From: an uncultured Haloferula sp.
GTDB lineage: Bacteria > Verrucomicrobiota > Verrucomicrobiia > Verrucomicrobiales > Akkermansiaceae
Direction: 5' to 3'
Length of the DNA: 64,000 bases
Assembly: GCA_965652295.1 (NCBI GenBank)
Contig: CBFGTS010000012.1
Span: forward strand, 32,001-96,000
Of the stretch, positions 16,865-26,813 are shown one piece after another. How positions within the stretch are numbered: position 1 is the first letter of the stretch; the number at the start of each line of letters is the position of its first letter. A program made the position numbers and the translations under genes. The notes below the pieces were generated by a model. It was not told where the DNA came from. It searched no databases and was given only the letters and a program-made list of their open reading frames with translations.

Positions 16865-17342
16865 AATACCGCAGCACCTCGCCGGGCACCGGCTCGCCCG
16901 CTTCGTGCAACTCCCAGACCCTGCGCTCCGCCCGGCGGGCGATCGCACGGGCGAAATCCAATCCCGCCTTCGCCATCGACCCCTCCGCGCCCGGCCGCGC
17001 CCAGCCTTCGAAGCAAATGTTCCGCTGCTCGAAATCCGCCGCACGCTCCTCCAACCAAGCCAGATCCTCCGGACCCACCTTGTCGAAACCCTGGCGGTCA
17101 TACCTTTCCGCATCCTCCGGCAAACACGCGAGCTGACCCATCAAACCCACCAATTTCGCCTGCACCCGGTCGACGATCTCCTCGACCTCCGCCGAGAGCC
17201 CCGCCGCCCGACCCAGACCCAACGCCGAGTTCAGCTCATCGATCGCCCCCAGCACCTCTGCCCGCAGGCAGGTCTTGCTCATCCGCTTGCCAAAGAGCAG
17301 GTCGGTCTCGCCCTCGTCACCCCGTTTCGTCACGATCTTCAC
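16818..17342 (-). CDS. Cob(I)alamin adenosyltransferase, PduO type
   Basis: TKRGDEGETDL, G.IDELNS.LG, ARAIARRAER, YFNRLSD. Confidence 0.9.
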   Translation of the reverse strand: MKIVTKRGDEGETDLLFGKRMSKTCLRAEVLGAIDELNSALGLGRAAGLSAEVEEIVDRVQAKLVGLMGQLACLPEDAERYDRQGFDKVGPEDLAWLEERAADFEQRNICFEGWARPGAEGSMAKAGLDFARAIARRAERRVWELHEAGEPVPGEVLRYFNRLSDLCWLMARAG

Positions 17343-17411
17343 CGCCGCGAGCTAACACCCGCCGATCCGCCTTTCACAATCTCCATTCCGCCATTCACCC
17401 TCCTTCCCCCG

Positions 17412-18149
17412 ATGAAGCTCGCACGACTCCACGACGGTCCTGAGATTTTCCACACTCTCCAAGGCGAGGGCGTCTCCGTCGGCACGCCCGCCATCTTCGT
17501 CCGCACCTCCCGCTGCAATCTTCACTGCCGCTGGTGCGATACCGACTACACCTGGAACTTCACCGGCACGCCATGGCAGCACGACCGCGGGGTGAAACAC
17601 GACAAAGCGGCGAGCACTTTCGAGATCTCCCCCGCCTCGCTGGCCGAAAGGCTCGCCAGCTTTCCCTGCCGCCACGTCGTTCTCACCGGCGGCGAGCCTC
17701 TGCTGCAGCAGGATGAGCTGCTCGAAACCATCCATCTCCTGCGCGAGCTCGATCCATCGTGGACCTTCGAGGTGGAAACCAACGGCACGCGGGTTCCCGC
17801 TCCGGCATTCGATGCCGCCATCGCGCAGTTCAATGTGTCTCCCAAACTCGCCCACTCCGGCATGGACGAAGTCCTTCGGATCGTCCCCGCCGCGCTCCAA
17901 CACTTCGCCCGCCACCCCCGCGCCTGGTTCAAATTCGTCGCCGCCAGCCCCGCCGACCTCGCCACAATCGAGGAACTCGCCGCACGGTTCAACCTCCCGC
18001 CGGACCGCATCGTCCTCATGCCGGAAGGACGCACCGCCGCCGGGCTCGACCGAATCTCCGCCGACCTGGCCGCCGCCGTGCTTGAGCGGGGCTGGCGATT
18101 CAGCGACCGTCTCCACGTACGCCTCTGGGGCGATCGACGCGGCGTCTGA
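17412..18149 (+). CDS. queE: 7-carboxy-7-deazaguanine synthase (radical SAM)
   Basis: EIFHTLQGEG..G.PAIFVR..CNLHCRWCDT.Y, LTGGEP, EVETNG, SPKL, RLH..LWG. Confidence 0.88.
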   Translation: MKLARLHDGPEIFHTLQGEGVSVGTPAIFVRTSRCNLHCRWCDTDYTWNFTGTPWQHDRGVKHDKAASTFEISPASLAERLASFPCRHVVLTGGEPLLQQDELLETIHLLRELDPSWTFEVETNGTRVPAPAFDAAIAQFNVSPKLAHSGMDEVLRIVPAALQHFARHPRAWFKFVAASPADLATIEELAARFNLPPDRIVLMPEGRTAAGLDRISADLAAAVLERGWRFSDRLHVRLWGDRRGV

Positions 18150-18200
18150 AGAGTCCCGCAACTTCGCGCCCGGCACCGGGTTTTCTCCACCGACGACACC

Positions 18201-18578
18201 ATGAAACGCCAGCACGACCCCCTCGAAAACGATCCCATTTGGGATCTCCTCCGGCAGTCGCCTGCCCGGCAGGCGGGGCCGCGTTTTCTCGACGACACTC
18301 TCCGCGCAGCCCGGCTCGCCCAGCCGGATCCATGGTGGAAAAAAATCGCCCTCCCCCTCACCTTCAGGGTCCTGGCATCAGGGGTTACCGCCGTGGCGCT
18401 CACCTTCGTGCTCCTTCACAATCCGCCGCAGCCCGTCGGCCGGGGGGCAGTCATCGTCACCACCCAGGATTCCCTCGAAGTGCTCGATGAACACCTCCGC
18501 ACCGAGGCCATCGAAATCGCCGCGGACAATCCGGCCGATTTCACCGATGCCGAGCTGGTCAGCCTGATCGCTTTCTGA
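18201..18578 (+). CDS. Single-pass membrane protein, anti-sigma-factor-like layout
   Basis: D.IWDLL..P.F.D.TLRAAR N-terminus, one TM segment, acidic C-terminus. Confidence 0.5.
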   Translation: MKRQHDPLENDPIWDLLRQSPARQAGPRFLDDTLRAARLAQPDPWWKKIALPLTFRVLASGVTAVALTFVLLHNPPQPVGRGAVIVTTQDSLEVLDEHLRTEAIEIAADNPADFTDAELVSLIAF

Positions 18579-18590
18579 TTCCTCGGGGCC

Positions 18591-19217
18591 GTGATTCAGG
18601 CCCTCATTTTCGATCTCGACGGCACCTTGGTCGATTCCCTCCACGGCATCGCCGCGGCCCTCAATGCCGCCCTTGAGGAGGCCGGCCTGCCTCCTCACGA
18701 TCTCGACGCCATCCGCGGATTTGTCGGCAATGGATCGCTCGAACTCGCCCGCCGCTCCCTGCCCGATGGCAGTCGCGTGACCGCCGAGGCTCTCGAACGC
18801 GCCTTCCGCCGCCACTACACGACCACCTGGCGGTCCGGCACCACGTTCTATCCCGGCATTCCCGAAATGCTGGCCGCGCTGAAGGACCTGAAACTCGGGC
18901 TTTTGTCCAACAAGCCCCATCCGTTCACCGCCGAGATCGCCAGACATCTCTTCCCGCCGCGCTGCTTCGACCGCGTTCTCGGTCACAGCGATGATTTCCC
19001 GCGAAAGCCCGGACCCGATTCGACCCTCGCGATTCTCTCCAACTGGGGAATTCCGCCTCAGAACGCCCGCTTCGTCGGAGATTCCTCCATCGATCGCGCC
19101 ACCGCCACCGCAGCCGGCGTTCCCTTCATCGGCGTCACCTGGGGCTATCACCACGGTGCCGATCTCGGCCCTGTCACCGCCTCCCATGCCGGTGAGCTGC
19201 TATCCCTGCTCCGCTGA
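18591..19217 (+). CDS. HAD-superfamily hydrolase (phosphoglycolate phosphatase-like)
   Basis: FDLDGTLVDS, LSNK, KPGP, VGDSSID, VTWGY. Confidence 0.88.
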   Translation: MIQALIFDLDGTLVDSLHGIAAALNAALEEAGLPPHDLDAIRGFVGNGSLELARRSLPDGSRVTAEALERAFRRHYTTTWRSGTTFYPGIPEMLAALKDLKLGLLSNKPHPFTAEIARHLFPPRCFDRVLGHSDDFPRKPGPDSTLAILSNWGIPPQNARFVGDSSIDRATATAAGVPFIGVTWGYHHGADLGPVTASHAGELLSLLR

Positions 19218-19362
19218 TTCGCTGATTCTCAGCGACCCCCGGGAATGCCGCGATTTCTTCAAGATCAGCATGGCATCCTCGGAAAATCTGCTTCAATGTC
19301 GAAGGTGGATAAGGCGGATGAAACCGCCGTCCATTCACCTGAAACCAAAACGAATAAAAGCG

Positions 19363-19950
19363 ATGCAAACAGAAAACGTGAACCTGCCCATTACGGTGAC
19401 CGTCCGCCATGAAACCGTGACCGATTCGCTGCGGGAATACGCCCAGAAAAAGATCGAGGGACTCCACCTCGACTACCCGCGCATCATCGAGGCCAAGGCC
19501 ATCCTCGACGTCCAGAAGAACCGTCACATCGCCGAAATCATCCTCTTCTGCGCGAACCACATCGTCATCGAAGCACACACCGAAGGTTCCGACATGTACG
19601 CCGCCATCGACGAGACGATCGACAAGATCGCCCGCCGCATGCGCAAGCAAAAGACCCGCCTCATGAAAAAGCGGAGGCCGCATCGCAACGAGTCCATCCG
19701 CTACATCGACGAAAGCCATTTCGACGAAACCGCCCTCGATCACCCCGAGGAATCCGAATTCGATCCCGTGCCCTTCATCGTCCACAAGGAACGCTACGGC
19801 ATCCGGGAAATGTACAAGGAAGACGCCGTCATGGAGCTCGAGCTCACCGACCGTCCCTTCATCCTCTACAAGAGCGCCCGCCGCGGCTGTCTGACGGTCC
19901 TCTGGCGCCGCAAAGACGGCGAATACGCCGCGATTGATGTGAATTCGTAA
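19363..19950 (+). CDS. hpf: Ribosome hibernation promoting factor, long form (HPF/RaiA)
   Basis: VTDSLREYAQKKI, DMYAAIDETIDKIARRMRK, C-terminal M..EDAVMELEL..RRKDGEY; ATG 19363. Confidence 0.9.
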   Translation: MQTENVNLPITVTVRHETVTDSLREYAQKKIEGLHLDYPRIIEAKAILDVQKNRHIAEIILFCANHIVIEAHTEGSDMYAAIDETIDKIARRMRKQKTRLMKKRRPHRNESIRYIDESHFDETALDHPEESEFDPVPFIVHKERYGIREMYKEDAVMELELTDRPFILYKSARRGCLTVLWRRKDGEYAAIDVNS

Positions 19951-19978
19951 GAGGCGTCCAGCCCCTTCAGATCCTCTC

Positions 19979-20013
19979 AGGCCGACTCCCTTTCCGGGAG
20001 TCGGTCTTTTTTT
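19979..20013 (+). terminator. Rho-independent terminator after hpf
   Basis: AGGCCGACTCCC-TTTCC-GGGAGTCGGTCT followed by a T run. Confidence 0.85.
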
Positions 20014-20032
20014 GCCCACTTCTTTTTCCTAC

Positions 20033-20060
20033 TTGACGGTATACTTATGAGGTATACATT
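20033..20060 (+). promoter_or_regulatory. Promoter of the sulfate operon with overlapping palindromic operator
   Basis: TTGACG-16-TACATT; GTATACTT-ATG-AGGTATAC (20039-20057) near-perfect inverted repeat. Confidence 0.65.
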
Positions 20061-20076
20061 GCCGTTCACATTTCAC

Positions 20077-20658
20077 ATGCACCTTTCCAAGAAAGCCGAG
20101 TACGCCCTTCGCGCCATGATCCACCTCGGAATCGCCTCCGAGCTTGGCTTGGCGAATGTATCCGGCGTCGAGTTGGCTGAGGCGAATCGTCTGCCGCTCA
20201 AGTTCGTAGAACGAATTCTTCAGGAACTTCGCGGTGCCGGTCTGGTGGAGACCAAACGTGGCAAAACTGGCGGATATGCTCTAGCCAAGTCTGCCGACTC
20301 GATCGGCATCGGTGATCTGGTCCGGCTCATGGACGGGCGCCTCGCCCCGATCTGTTGCGCCAGCGAAATCGCCTACCAACGCTGCTCGTGCCCGGACGAG
20401 GATCACTGCGGCCTCCGCATGCTGATGATCGATGTCCGCAATGCCATCGCCAATATCCTCGACCGCTATTCCCTCGCTCAGGTCGTCGAAGTCACCCTGC
20501 GGAAAATGCGACGCGATGGCGTCACGCCTCCTTTCTCCCACCTACCATCCGGTCTGGATTCAATTGAGAGTTCGAAACGTCGCGCCGATCCCGCCGACGG
20601 CTTCCTCGCAGGGCTCTCCCAAATCGCCACCCGCCATGACACCGAGAACGCCGAATGA
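20077..20658 (+). CDS. Rrf2 family transcriptional regulator (Cys-rich)
   Basis: LSKKAEYALRAM, FVERILQEL..AGLV.TKRGK.GGY.L, PICCAS....RCSCPDEDHCGLR. Confidence 0.92.
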   Translation: MHLSKKAEYALRAMIHLGIASELGLANVSGVELAEANRLPLKFVERILQELRGAGLVETKRGKTGGYALAKSADSIGIGDLVRLMDGRLAPICCASEIAYQRCSCPDEDHCGLRMLMIDVRNAIANILDRYSLAQVVEVTLRKMRRDGVTPPFSHLPSGLDSIESSKRRADPADGFLAGLSQIATRHDTENAE

Positions 20659-20830
20659 TTCTCCTCCTCTGGGTGATCCCGAAGCCGAGAGCTGGCTGGA
20701 GATTGTCCGGGAAAAAGTTTCCCGCCTGAAGTTCGGCTCCGTCCAGATCACGGTCCACGACGGACGCGTGACCCAGGTCGAAAGCCTCGAACGCACCCGC
20801 TTCCCTGCCAAAGGAAAGACCGGGTACTGA
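20636..20830 (+). CDS. YezD/DUF2292 (OscA-like) small protein
   Basis: LKFGSVQITVHDGRVTQVE..ERTRF signature; start (ATG 20636) uncertain. Confidence 0.8.
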   Translation: MTPRTPNDSPPLGDPEAESWLEIVREKVSRLKFGSVQITVHDGRVTQVESLERTRFPAKGKTGY

Positions 20831-20929
20831 TTCCAACCATCACTTTACCGCCTGCCGCACGAGCGGAGGCCTTCATCCCACTCTGCGAACGCCCACCGGA
20901 CCACCGGAGACGGACGCTTTGCAGAAAAC

Positions 20930-22183
20930 ATGAACATCCAAGACCCCAACGGTCGTACCACGCCAAGCCGCGAGGCATCACCCTCACGCTCCCACCCAAA
21001 AGTCCATCGCCACGTCATCGGCCGGCTCCGGCTGCCGAGACACGCCGCGCTGGCATTGCTGGGAGCATCCACCACCACCCTCCCAGCCTATGATTTCCTC
21101 GGCACACCCACCGCCGGGGAAAGCGAAACGTTTGATGCCTTTTGGAGCGGCTTCACTCTCTACAAAAATGGAGAAAACCCGGTCCTTCAGGAGTTCAAGC
21201 TACGCGGGCGGTATCAGGGGCAATATTACGATGTCGATGCCACCCAGGGATCGGATAGCGACTGGGAAGACCGGCGGTCCCGTGTGGGCTTCGACGCCAA
21301 GCTCTTCGACTCACGCCTCGAAGTCAGGGCAGATTTCCAGAGCAACAACGGTTTCCTCGATGCCTACGATGGCCTCGTCGATGCCTACCTGCGCTGGAAG
21401 GCCACCGACTCCATTTCAATCACAATCGGCCGGACCAAGCCGTTCATTGGCTACTACGACTGGCTCCAGTCGACCAACACCCAGCCGACCTTCGAGCGCT
21501 CGCAGATCTTCAACCAGCTCGCCGTTGATCGCGCCACCGGCCTCACCTTCGAAGGAGTGCGCGGAGCATTCTCCTGGCAGGCCGGAGTGTTCTCGAACTC
21601 CGTGGATCCCGACCACAACAGCTTCTCCGACGCCTTCGGTGAGTTCAACGCCTCGTGGAGCCTTTCGCTGGGCGGCGGCTACGACTTCTCCCGTAGCACG
21701 GGGCTTGGAAAATCCGAACTGCACGTCAACTGGCTGCATACCGACCGGGATGCCGATAGCAACCTGCTCAACCGCTACGAGGATATCATCTCCGCCACGC
21801 TCTGGCTTCAGGACGGACCGCGGAGTCTCGTGGCCGAAGGCTACTACGCCACCGGAGGTTTCGGGGCCGATGGAGACGTGGTCGGCGGGTTTCTCCAAGG
21901 AACCTACGACCTTATCCCCAAGCGGCTGCAACTCGTCGGCCGCTACTCTTTCGCCCACGGCGATGGACCGGCCAGCCTGCGAGGCCAACGCCGCTACGAA
22001 GCCACCGTCTCCACGGCCCGGGGCGACAGCTACCAAGCCCTCTACCTCGGCGCACAGTACTTCATCCACGGCGACAAGCTCAAGCTCCTCGCCGGTGGCG
22101 AATACGCCTCCCTCTCCGGTGGCGCTCCCGGCCGCGACTACGACGGCTTCACCTGGCTGTCCGGGGTCCGCTTCTCCTTCTAA
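20930..22183 (+). CDS. Outer-membrane porin, OprO/OprP-like anion-selective
   Basis: Signal-like segment, [25 protein letters not shown]-terminal aromatic RFSF; true start may be downstream. Confidence 0.75.
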   Translation: MNIQDPNGRTTPSREASPSRSHPKVHRHVIGRLRLPRHAALALLGASTTTLPAYDFLGTPTAGESETFDAFWSGFTLYKNGENPVLQEFKLRGRYQGQYYDVDATQGSDSDWEDRRSRVGFDAKLFDSRLEVRADFQSNNGFLDAYDGLVDAYLRWKATDSISITIGRTKPFIGYYDWLQSTNTQPTFERSQIFNQLAVDRATGLTFEGVRGAFSWQAGVFSNSVDPDHNSFSDAFGEFNASWSLSLGGGYDFSRSTGLGKSELHVNWLHTDRDADSNLLNRYEDIISATLWLQDGPRSLVAEGYYATGGFGADGDVVGGFLQGTYDLIPKRLQLVGRYSFAHGDGPASLRGQRRYEATVSTARGDSYQALYLGAQYFIHGDKLKLLAGGEYASLSGGAPGRDYDGFTWLSGVRFSF

Positions 22184-22200
22184 CCATTTCCCTCATCGCC

Positions 22201-23220
22201 ATGAAACGAAACCAGTTTTTCCTCCTGTTATCCGTCCTCCCCATCACCCTCGGCCTGCCCGGTTGCGAGTCGAACGACTCCCATGGTGACAGTGCGGAAC
22301 TCCTCAACGTCTCCTACGATCCGACCCGCGAACTCTATGTCGAGTTCAACGAACTTTTCGCCCGGCATTGGAAGGAAAAAACCGGCCAGACGGTCGAGAT
22401 CGAGCAATCCCACGGCGGAGCCGGCAAGCAGGCCCGCGCGATCATCGACGGCCTTGAGGGCGATGTCGCCACCCTCGCACTCGCTTACGACATTGATGCG
22501 ATTGCGAGTGAAACCGGCATCATTCCGGCCGATTGGCAGACACGGCTGCCCAATAACAGCAGTCCCTATACGTCCACGATCGTCTTCGTGGTTCGGAAAG
22601 GGAACCCGCAGGGCGTCAAAGACTGGGACGACCTGATCCGTCCCGGCATCCAGGTCATCACGCCCAATCCCAAGACGTCCGGCGGAGCACGCTGGAACTA
22701 CCTCGCCGCCTGGGCCTACGCCAAACGGGCTGGAGGCGGCGATGAAGCGGCGGCGAAGGAATATATCCGCACCCTCTTCAAGAATGTCCCGGTGCTCGAT
22801 ACCGGCGCACGTGGCTCCACCACCACCTTCGCCCAGCGCAAGATCGGCGACGTGTTCCTCTCATGGGAAAACGAAGCCTTCCTGATCGAGAAGGAGTTTC
22901 CCGGCGAAACGGAAATCGTCGTCCCCTCCATCAGCATCCTCGCGGAACCGCCGGTCACACTACTCGACAAGAACGCCGCAAGGCACGGCACCACCGAGAT
23001 TGCCACGGCCTATCTGGAGTTCCTCTACACCCCGGAAGCGCAGGATCTCATCGGCAAACACTACTACCGCCCCCGTAGCAAGGAGGCCGCTGCCAAATAT
23101 GCCAGCGTTTTCCCGAACCTGAACCTCGTCACCATCGATGAGGAGTTCGGAGGTTGGCAGAAGGCGCAGACCACCCATTTCGCGGATGGCGGCGTCTTCG
23201 ACCAGATCTACGAACGATGA
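22201..23220 (+). CDS. sbp: Sulfate ABC transporter substrate-binding lipoprotein
   Basis: LPGC lipobox, [54 protein letters not shown]. Confidence 0.96.
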   Translation: MKRNQFFLLLSVLPITLGLPGCESNDSHGDSAELLNVSYDPTRELYVEFNELFARHWKEKTGQTVEIEQSHGGAGKQARAIIDGLEGDVATLALAYDIDAIASETGIIPADWQTRLPNNSSPYTSTIVFVVRKGNPQGVKDWDDLIRPGIQVITPNPKTSGGARWNYLAAWAYAKRAGGGDEAAAKEYIRTLFKNVPVLDTGARGSTTTFAQRKIGDVFLSWENEAFLIEKEFPGETEIVVPSISILAEPPVTLLDKNAARHGTTEIATAYLEFLYTPEAQDLIGKHYYRPRSKEAAAKYASVFPNLNLVTIDEEFGGWQKAQTTHFADGGVFDQIYER

Positions 23221-23269
23221 ACCTCCCGGGCGGGAGCCGATCCAGCTCCCACCCGCACCCCTCCTCGCC

Positions 23270-24085
23270 ATGACTCGACGTGTCATACCCGGCTACGGGC
23301 TCTCGCTCGGCATCACGCTGGCTTTCCTTTCCACCGTCATCCTGGTTCCGCTTGCCGCCCTCTTCATCAAGGCGGCCGGGCTGGGCCCCTCGCAGTGGTG
23401 GGACATCCTGCACCCCCCCCGCGTGCTCGCCGCGTTCCGCCTTACCTTCGGGGTCAGCGCCGCAGCCGCCGGCGTCGCGGCGGTCTTCGGGCTGCTCGTG
23501 GCATGGATACTCGTCCGCTACCGCTTTCCCGGGCGTCGGCTGCTCGATGGCATGGTCGATCTCCCCTTCGCCCTGCCCACCGCGGTGGCAGGCATCACCC
23601 TGGCGCAGCTCTATGGCCCGAATGGATGGATCGGTGAAGCACTCGCCGCCATTGGCATCCAGGGGGCATACAGCCCGTTCGGCGTGTTCATCGCCCTGAC
23701 CTTCATCAGTTTCCCCTTCGTCGTTCGTACGGTGCAGCCCGTACTCGAGGACCTCTCGCCGGAGCGGGAGGAAGTCTCCGCCACCCTGGGTGCCAGCCGC
23801 TTCACCACCTTCCGACGCGTCGTGCTGCCCGCGCTCGTGCCCGCACTCATCACCGGTTTCACCCTCGCCTTCGCCCGGGCCATCGGGGAATACGGCTCGG
23901 TCGTCTTCATTTCCGGGAACCTTCCCTTCAAGACCGAGATTCTTCCCCTGCTCATCATTGGTCAACTCGAGCAGTTCCACTACGCCGCCGCGTCGGTGAT
24001 CGCCGCCGCGATGCTGGTGGTCTCCTTCGCGCTTCTCTTCGTCATCAACCTCCTGCAACGCCGCCTCGCAGCCCGCACCCACTGA
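23270..24085 (+). CDS. cysT: Sulfate ABC transporter permease CysT
   Basis: VIPG.GLSLG, VDLPFALPTAVAGI, PFVVRTVQPVL, GEYGSVVFI.GN.PFKTEI. Confidence 0.95.
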   Translation: MTRRVIPGYGLSLGITLAFLSTVILVPLAALFIKAAGLGPSQWWDILHPPRVLAAFRLTFGVSAAAAGVAAVFGLLVAWILVRYRFPGRRLLDGMVDLPFALPTAVAGITLAQLYGPNGWIGEALAAIGIQGAYSPFGVFIALTFISFPFVVRTVQPVLEDLSPEREEVSATLGASRFTTFRRVVLPALVPALITGFTLAFARAIGEYGSVVFISGNLPFKTEILPLLIIGQLEQFHYAAASVIAAAMLVVSFALLFVINLLQRRLAARTH

Positions 24086-24089
24086 GACC

Positions 24090-24929
24090 ATGGCCCGCCG
24101 CCCCGTCACCACCGAAGCACCGCTCACCCGCGCCCTCCTCATCTTCGGAGCCGTGGCATTTCTCGGGTTGTTCCTGCTCATCCCACTGGGGCTTGTTTTC
24201 GTCGAGGCCTTCCGCCGCGGCTGGGACGTGTTCGCCTCCTCCCTCACCGATCGCTATGCCCTTTCGGCCATCAGGCTGACGCTTCTCGCCGCCGCCATCG
24301 CCGTCCCGCTCAACACCCTCTTCGGCCTCGCCGCCGCCTGGCTCATCACCAAGTTCCGTTTCAAGGGCCGCGCCTTCCTGCTCGCCCTGATCGACCTGCC
24401 CTTTGCCGTTTCCCCGGTCATCGCCGGGCTCGTGTGGGTGTTGCTCTTCGGTGCCCGCGGCTGGTTCGGTCCGCTGCTCGCCGAGCACGACTTCCGGATC
24501 ATCTTCGCCGTCCCCGGAATCGTGCTCGCCACCATGTTCGTCACCTTTCCCTTCGTCGCCCGCGAGCTGATCCCTCTCATGGAAATGCAGGGAACCGACG
24601 AGGAGGAAGCCGGCGTGACCCTCGGAGCCGGCGGCTGGCAGATCTTCCGGCGCGTGACGCTTCCGAACATCAAATGGGGCCTGCTCTACGGCATCCTCCT
24701 CTGCAATGCCCGCGCGATGGGCGAGTTCGGGGCCGTCTCGGTCGTTTCCGGCCACATCCGGGGAAAAACCAACACGCTGCCGCTCCACATTGAGGTCCTC
24801 TACAACGAATACCAGTTCAGCGCCGCCTTTGCCGCTGCCACCCTTCTCGCCCTGCTCGCGCTCGTCACCCTCGGACTCAAGTCCCTCTTCGAGCACCTCC
24901 TCGGCCACTCCAGCTCCATCCGCCACTGA
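24090..24929 (+). CDS. cysW: Sulfate ABC transporter permease CysW
   Basis: [56 protein letters not shown]. Confidence 0.96.
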   Translation: MARRPVTTEAPLTRALLIFGAVAFLGLFLLIPLGLVFVEAFRRGWDVFASSLTDRYALSAIRLTLLAAAIAVPLNTLFGLAAAWLITKFRFKGRAFLLALIDLPFAVSPVIAGLVWVLLFGARGWFGPLLAEHDFRIIFAVPGIVLATMFVTFPFVARELIPLMEMQGTDEEEAGVTLGAGGWQIFRRVTLPNIKWGLLYGILLCNARAMGEFGAVSVVSGHIRGKTNTLPLHIEVLYNEYQFSAAFAAATLLALLALVTLGLKSLFEHLLGHSSSIRH

Positions 24930-24931
24930 TC

Positions 24932-25933
24932 ATGTCCGTCTCCATCCAGAACATTCACAAAACCTTCGGCAGCTATCATGCGCTCGATGATGTATCGCTG
25001 GAAGTGCCCGATGGCTCGCTCACCGCCCTGCTCGGTCCCTCCGGTTCGGGGAAAACCACTCTCCTCAGAATCATCGCCGGGCTTGAGTTCGCCGACCCCG
25101 GTTCCGGGCGGATCCTGTTCCATGGCCACGACGTGGCAAACGTCCCCGCCGGTCAACGTGGAGTCGGTTTCGTCTTCCAACACTACGCCCTCTTCCGCCA
25201 CATGAGCGTGGCCGACAACATCGGCTTCGGTCTCACCGTGTTGCCTCGTGCCCAGCGTCCCACGAAAAGGGAGATCCACGACCGCGCCCTGGAGCTCCTC
25301 AAGCTGGTCAAACTCGAGGGCCTCCACGACCGCCGCCCCTCCGAACTCTCCGGCGGCCAGCGCCAACGCGTCGCCCTCGCCCGTGCCCTGGCCATCCGTC
25401 CAAAGGTCCTCCTTCTCGACGAGCCCTTCGGCGCGCTCGATGCCCAAGTGCGCAAAGACCTCCGCCGCTGGCTGCGACATTTCCACGACGAGATCGGCCT
25501 CACCACCCTGTTCGTCACCCATGATCAGGAGGAGGCGCTCGAACTCGCCGACCAGGTCGTCGTCATGCGCAACGCCCGCATCGAACAATCCGGCCCGCCC
25601 CAGGAAATCTACGATTCACCTCGTACTTCCTTCGTTTACGAATTCCTCGGCGCGGTCAACAAGCTACCAGGCGACCGCTACGTCCGGCCGCACGAGATCG
25701 AGCTGAAATTCGCCGCCGAGGAAGGTGTCGATTTCACCGGACGTGTCAGCCATCTCTTCGTCGCCGGACCTTTCGCCCGTCTCAGCGTCGTTCCCGAGTC
25801 CGGACCGGCCCGGGAAATCGAAGTCTGGGCCACCCGCGACAAGATCGAGGAAATGGCCGTGAGCCACGGTGATGTCGTGGGCCTCCATCTTCCGCCAATC
25901 CGGAAAGCCGTCCACCCGGAACAACGCACCTGA
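24932..25933 (+). CDS. cysA: Sulfate ABC transporter ATP-binding protein CysA
   Basis: [47 protein letters not shown]-terminal TOBE-like domain. Confidence 0.95.
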   Translation: MSVSIQNIHKTFGSYHALDDVSLEVPDGSLTALLGPSGSGKTTLLRIIAGLEFADPGSGRILFHGHDVANVPAGQRGVGFVFQHYALFRHMSVADNIGFGLTVLPRAQRPTKREIHDRALELLKLVKLEGLHDRRPSELSGGQRQRVALARALAIRPKVLLLDEPFGALDAQVRKDLRRWLRHFHDEIGLTTLFVTHDQEEALELADQVVVMRNARIEQSGPPQEIYDSPRTSFVYEFLGAVNKLPGDRYVRPHEIELKFAAEEGVDFTGRVSHLFVAGPFARLSVVPESGPAREIEVWATRDKIEEMAVSHGDVVGLHLPPIRKAVHPEQRT

Positions 25934-25997
25934 CCGCACTTGCGATCGGCGGACGGAGGCCCAGCATTCCCGCCGCCCCGCCCACCCGGTTCCCGCC

Positions 25998-26810
25998 ATG
26001 TCCATCCTCCTCCTTTGCGTCTTCCTCGGAGTCACGCACCTCGTCTCCACCCTATCTTACGGTGTCCGGATCGCAGGAGCGCGGACCGGCAGGATCGCCT
26101 TCTGCCTGTCCCTCTTCAACCTGCTCGTCCTCGTTTCCCGCAGCGCCAACACCCTGCTCACCCCGAGCCTTTCCAAACGCGTCGAATCCCAGCTCGATGG
26201 CTCGTCCGCCACCCTCGAGGCCGACTTCCACTGGCTGATCACGACCGCCACCCTGGCCACCATCCTCGGCCTCATCGCCATTCCCACGTTCCAGCGGTAC
26301 ATCTCCTCGATGGTCTCCGCCTTCGATCGATTCCCCTCGATCGGCCGACTCACCGTTCACGCGTTCAGTCCCGCGGGTTGGAGCGCGCTGCACACTTCCT
26401 GGACGATTCCCTCCTTGGGAAACCTCTCATCTTTCAAAAGCGGGATGCGTCTTCCGTGGAGCGTCTTTTTTCTCAATGTCGGTGGCACCGCGCTCCTCAC
26501 CACCGGGGTGCTCAGCTCCCTCTACGCCGGCGTTTTCGCTCCCGAACTGCGTATGACCACCGGTCAGCTCTCGGCCGTGGTCAATTTCGCCGGGACGATC
26601 CTGCTCTTCGCCTTCGTCGATCCCTACCTCTCTTACATCACCGATTCCGCCGCGGCGGACGGGGCGGACGCGGATGCCGGCGATACCCAACTTCGCGCCG
26701 CCGTGCTCGGCATGGGGCTCAGTCGTGTCCTTGGCACGGCACTTTCCCACTTCCTCCTCGTCCCCGGTGCCAAGCTCGTTGCCTGGATCGCCCATCTCAT
26801 CCCAGGTTGA
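25998..26810 (+). CDS. Lipid II flippase Amj family (DUF2837) membrane protein
   Basis: HLVSTLSYGVRIAGARTGRIA..LSLFN.LVLVSR..N; C-terminal LSAVVN..GTILL..FVDP.LS.ITD..SRVLGT; multiple TM segments. Confidence 0.75.
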   Translation: MSILLLCVFLGVTHLVSTLSYGVRIAGARTGRIAFCLSLFNLLVLVSRSANTLLTPSLSKRVESQLDGSSATLEADFHWLITTATLATILGLIAIPTFQRYISSMVSAFDRFPSIGRLTVHAFSPAGWSALHTSWTIPSLGNLSSFKSGMRLPWSVFFLNVGGTALLTTGVLSSLYAGVFAPELRMTTGQLSAVVNFAGTILLFAFVDPYLSYITDSAAADGADADAGDTQLRAAVLGMGLSRVLGTALSHFLLVPGAKLVAWIAHLIPG

Positions 26811-26813
26811 CTT

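Noticed and set aside
16704..17411. Long N-terminal extension of the 481-aa ORF ending at 18149
   Set aside because: It overlaps the Smr and PduO genes; QueE homology starts at ATG 17412.
17412..18149. queE as part of a 7-deazaguanine DNA-modification (dpd) defence island
   Set aside because: No dpdA/tgt paralog, queC/D or helicase cluster adjacent; the context fits ordinary queuosine synthesis.
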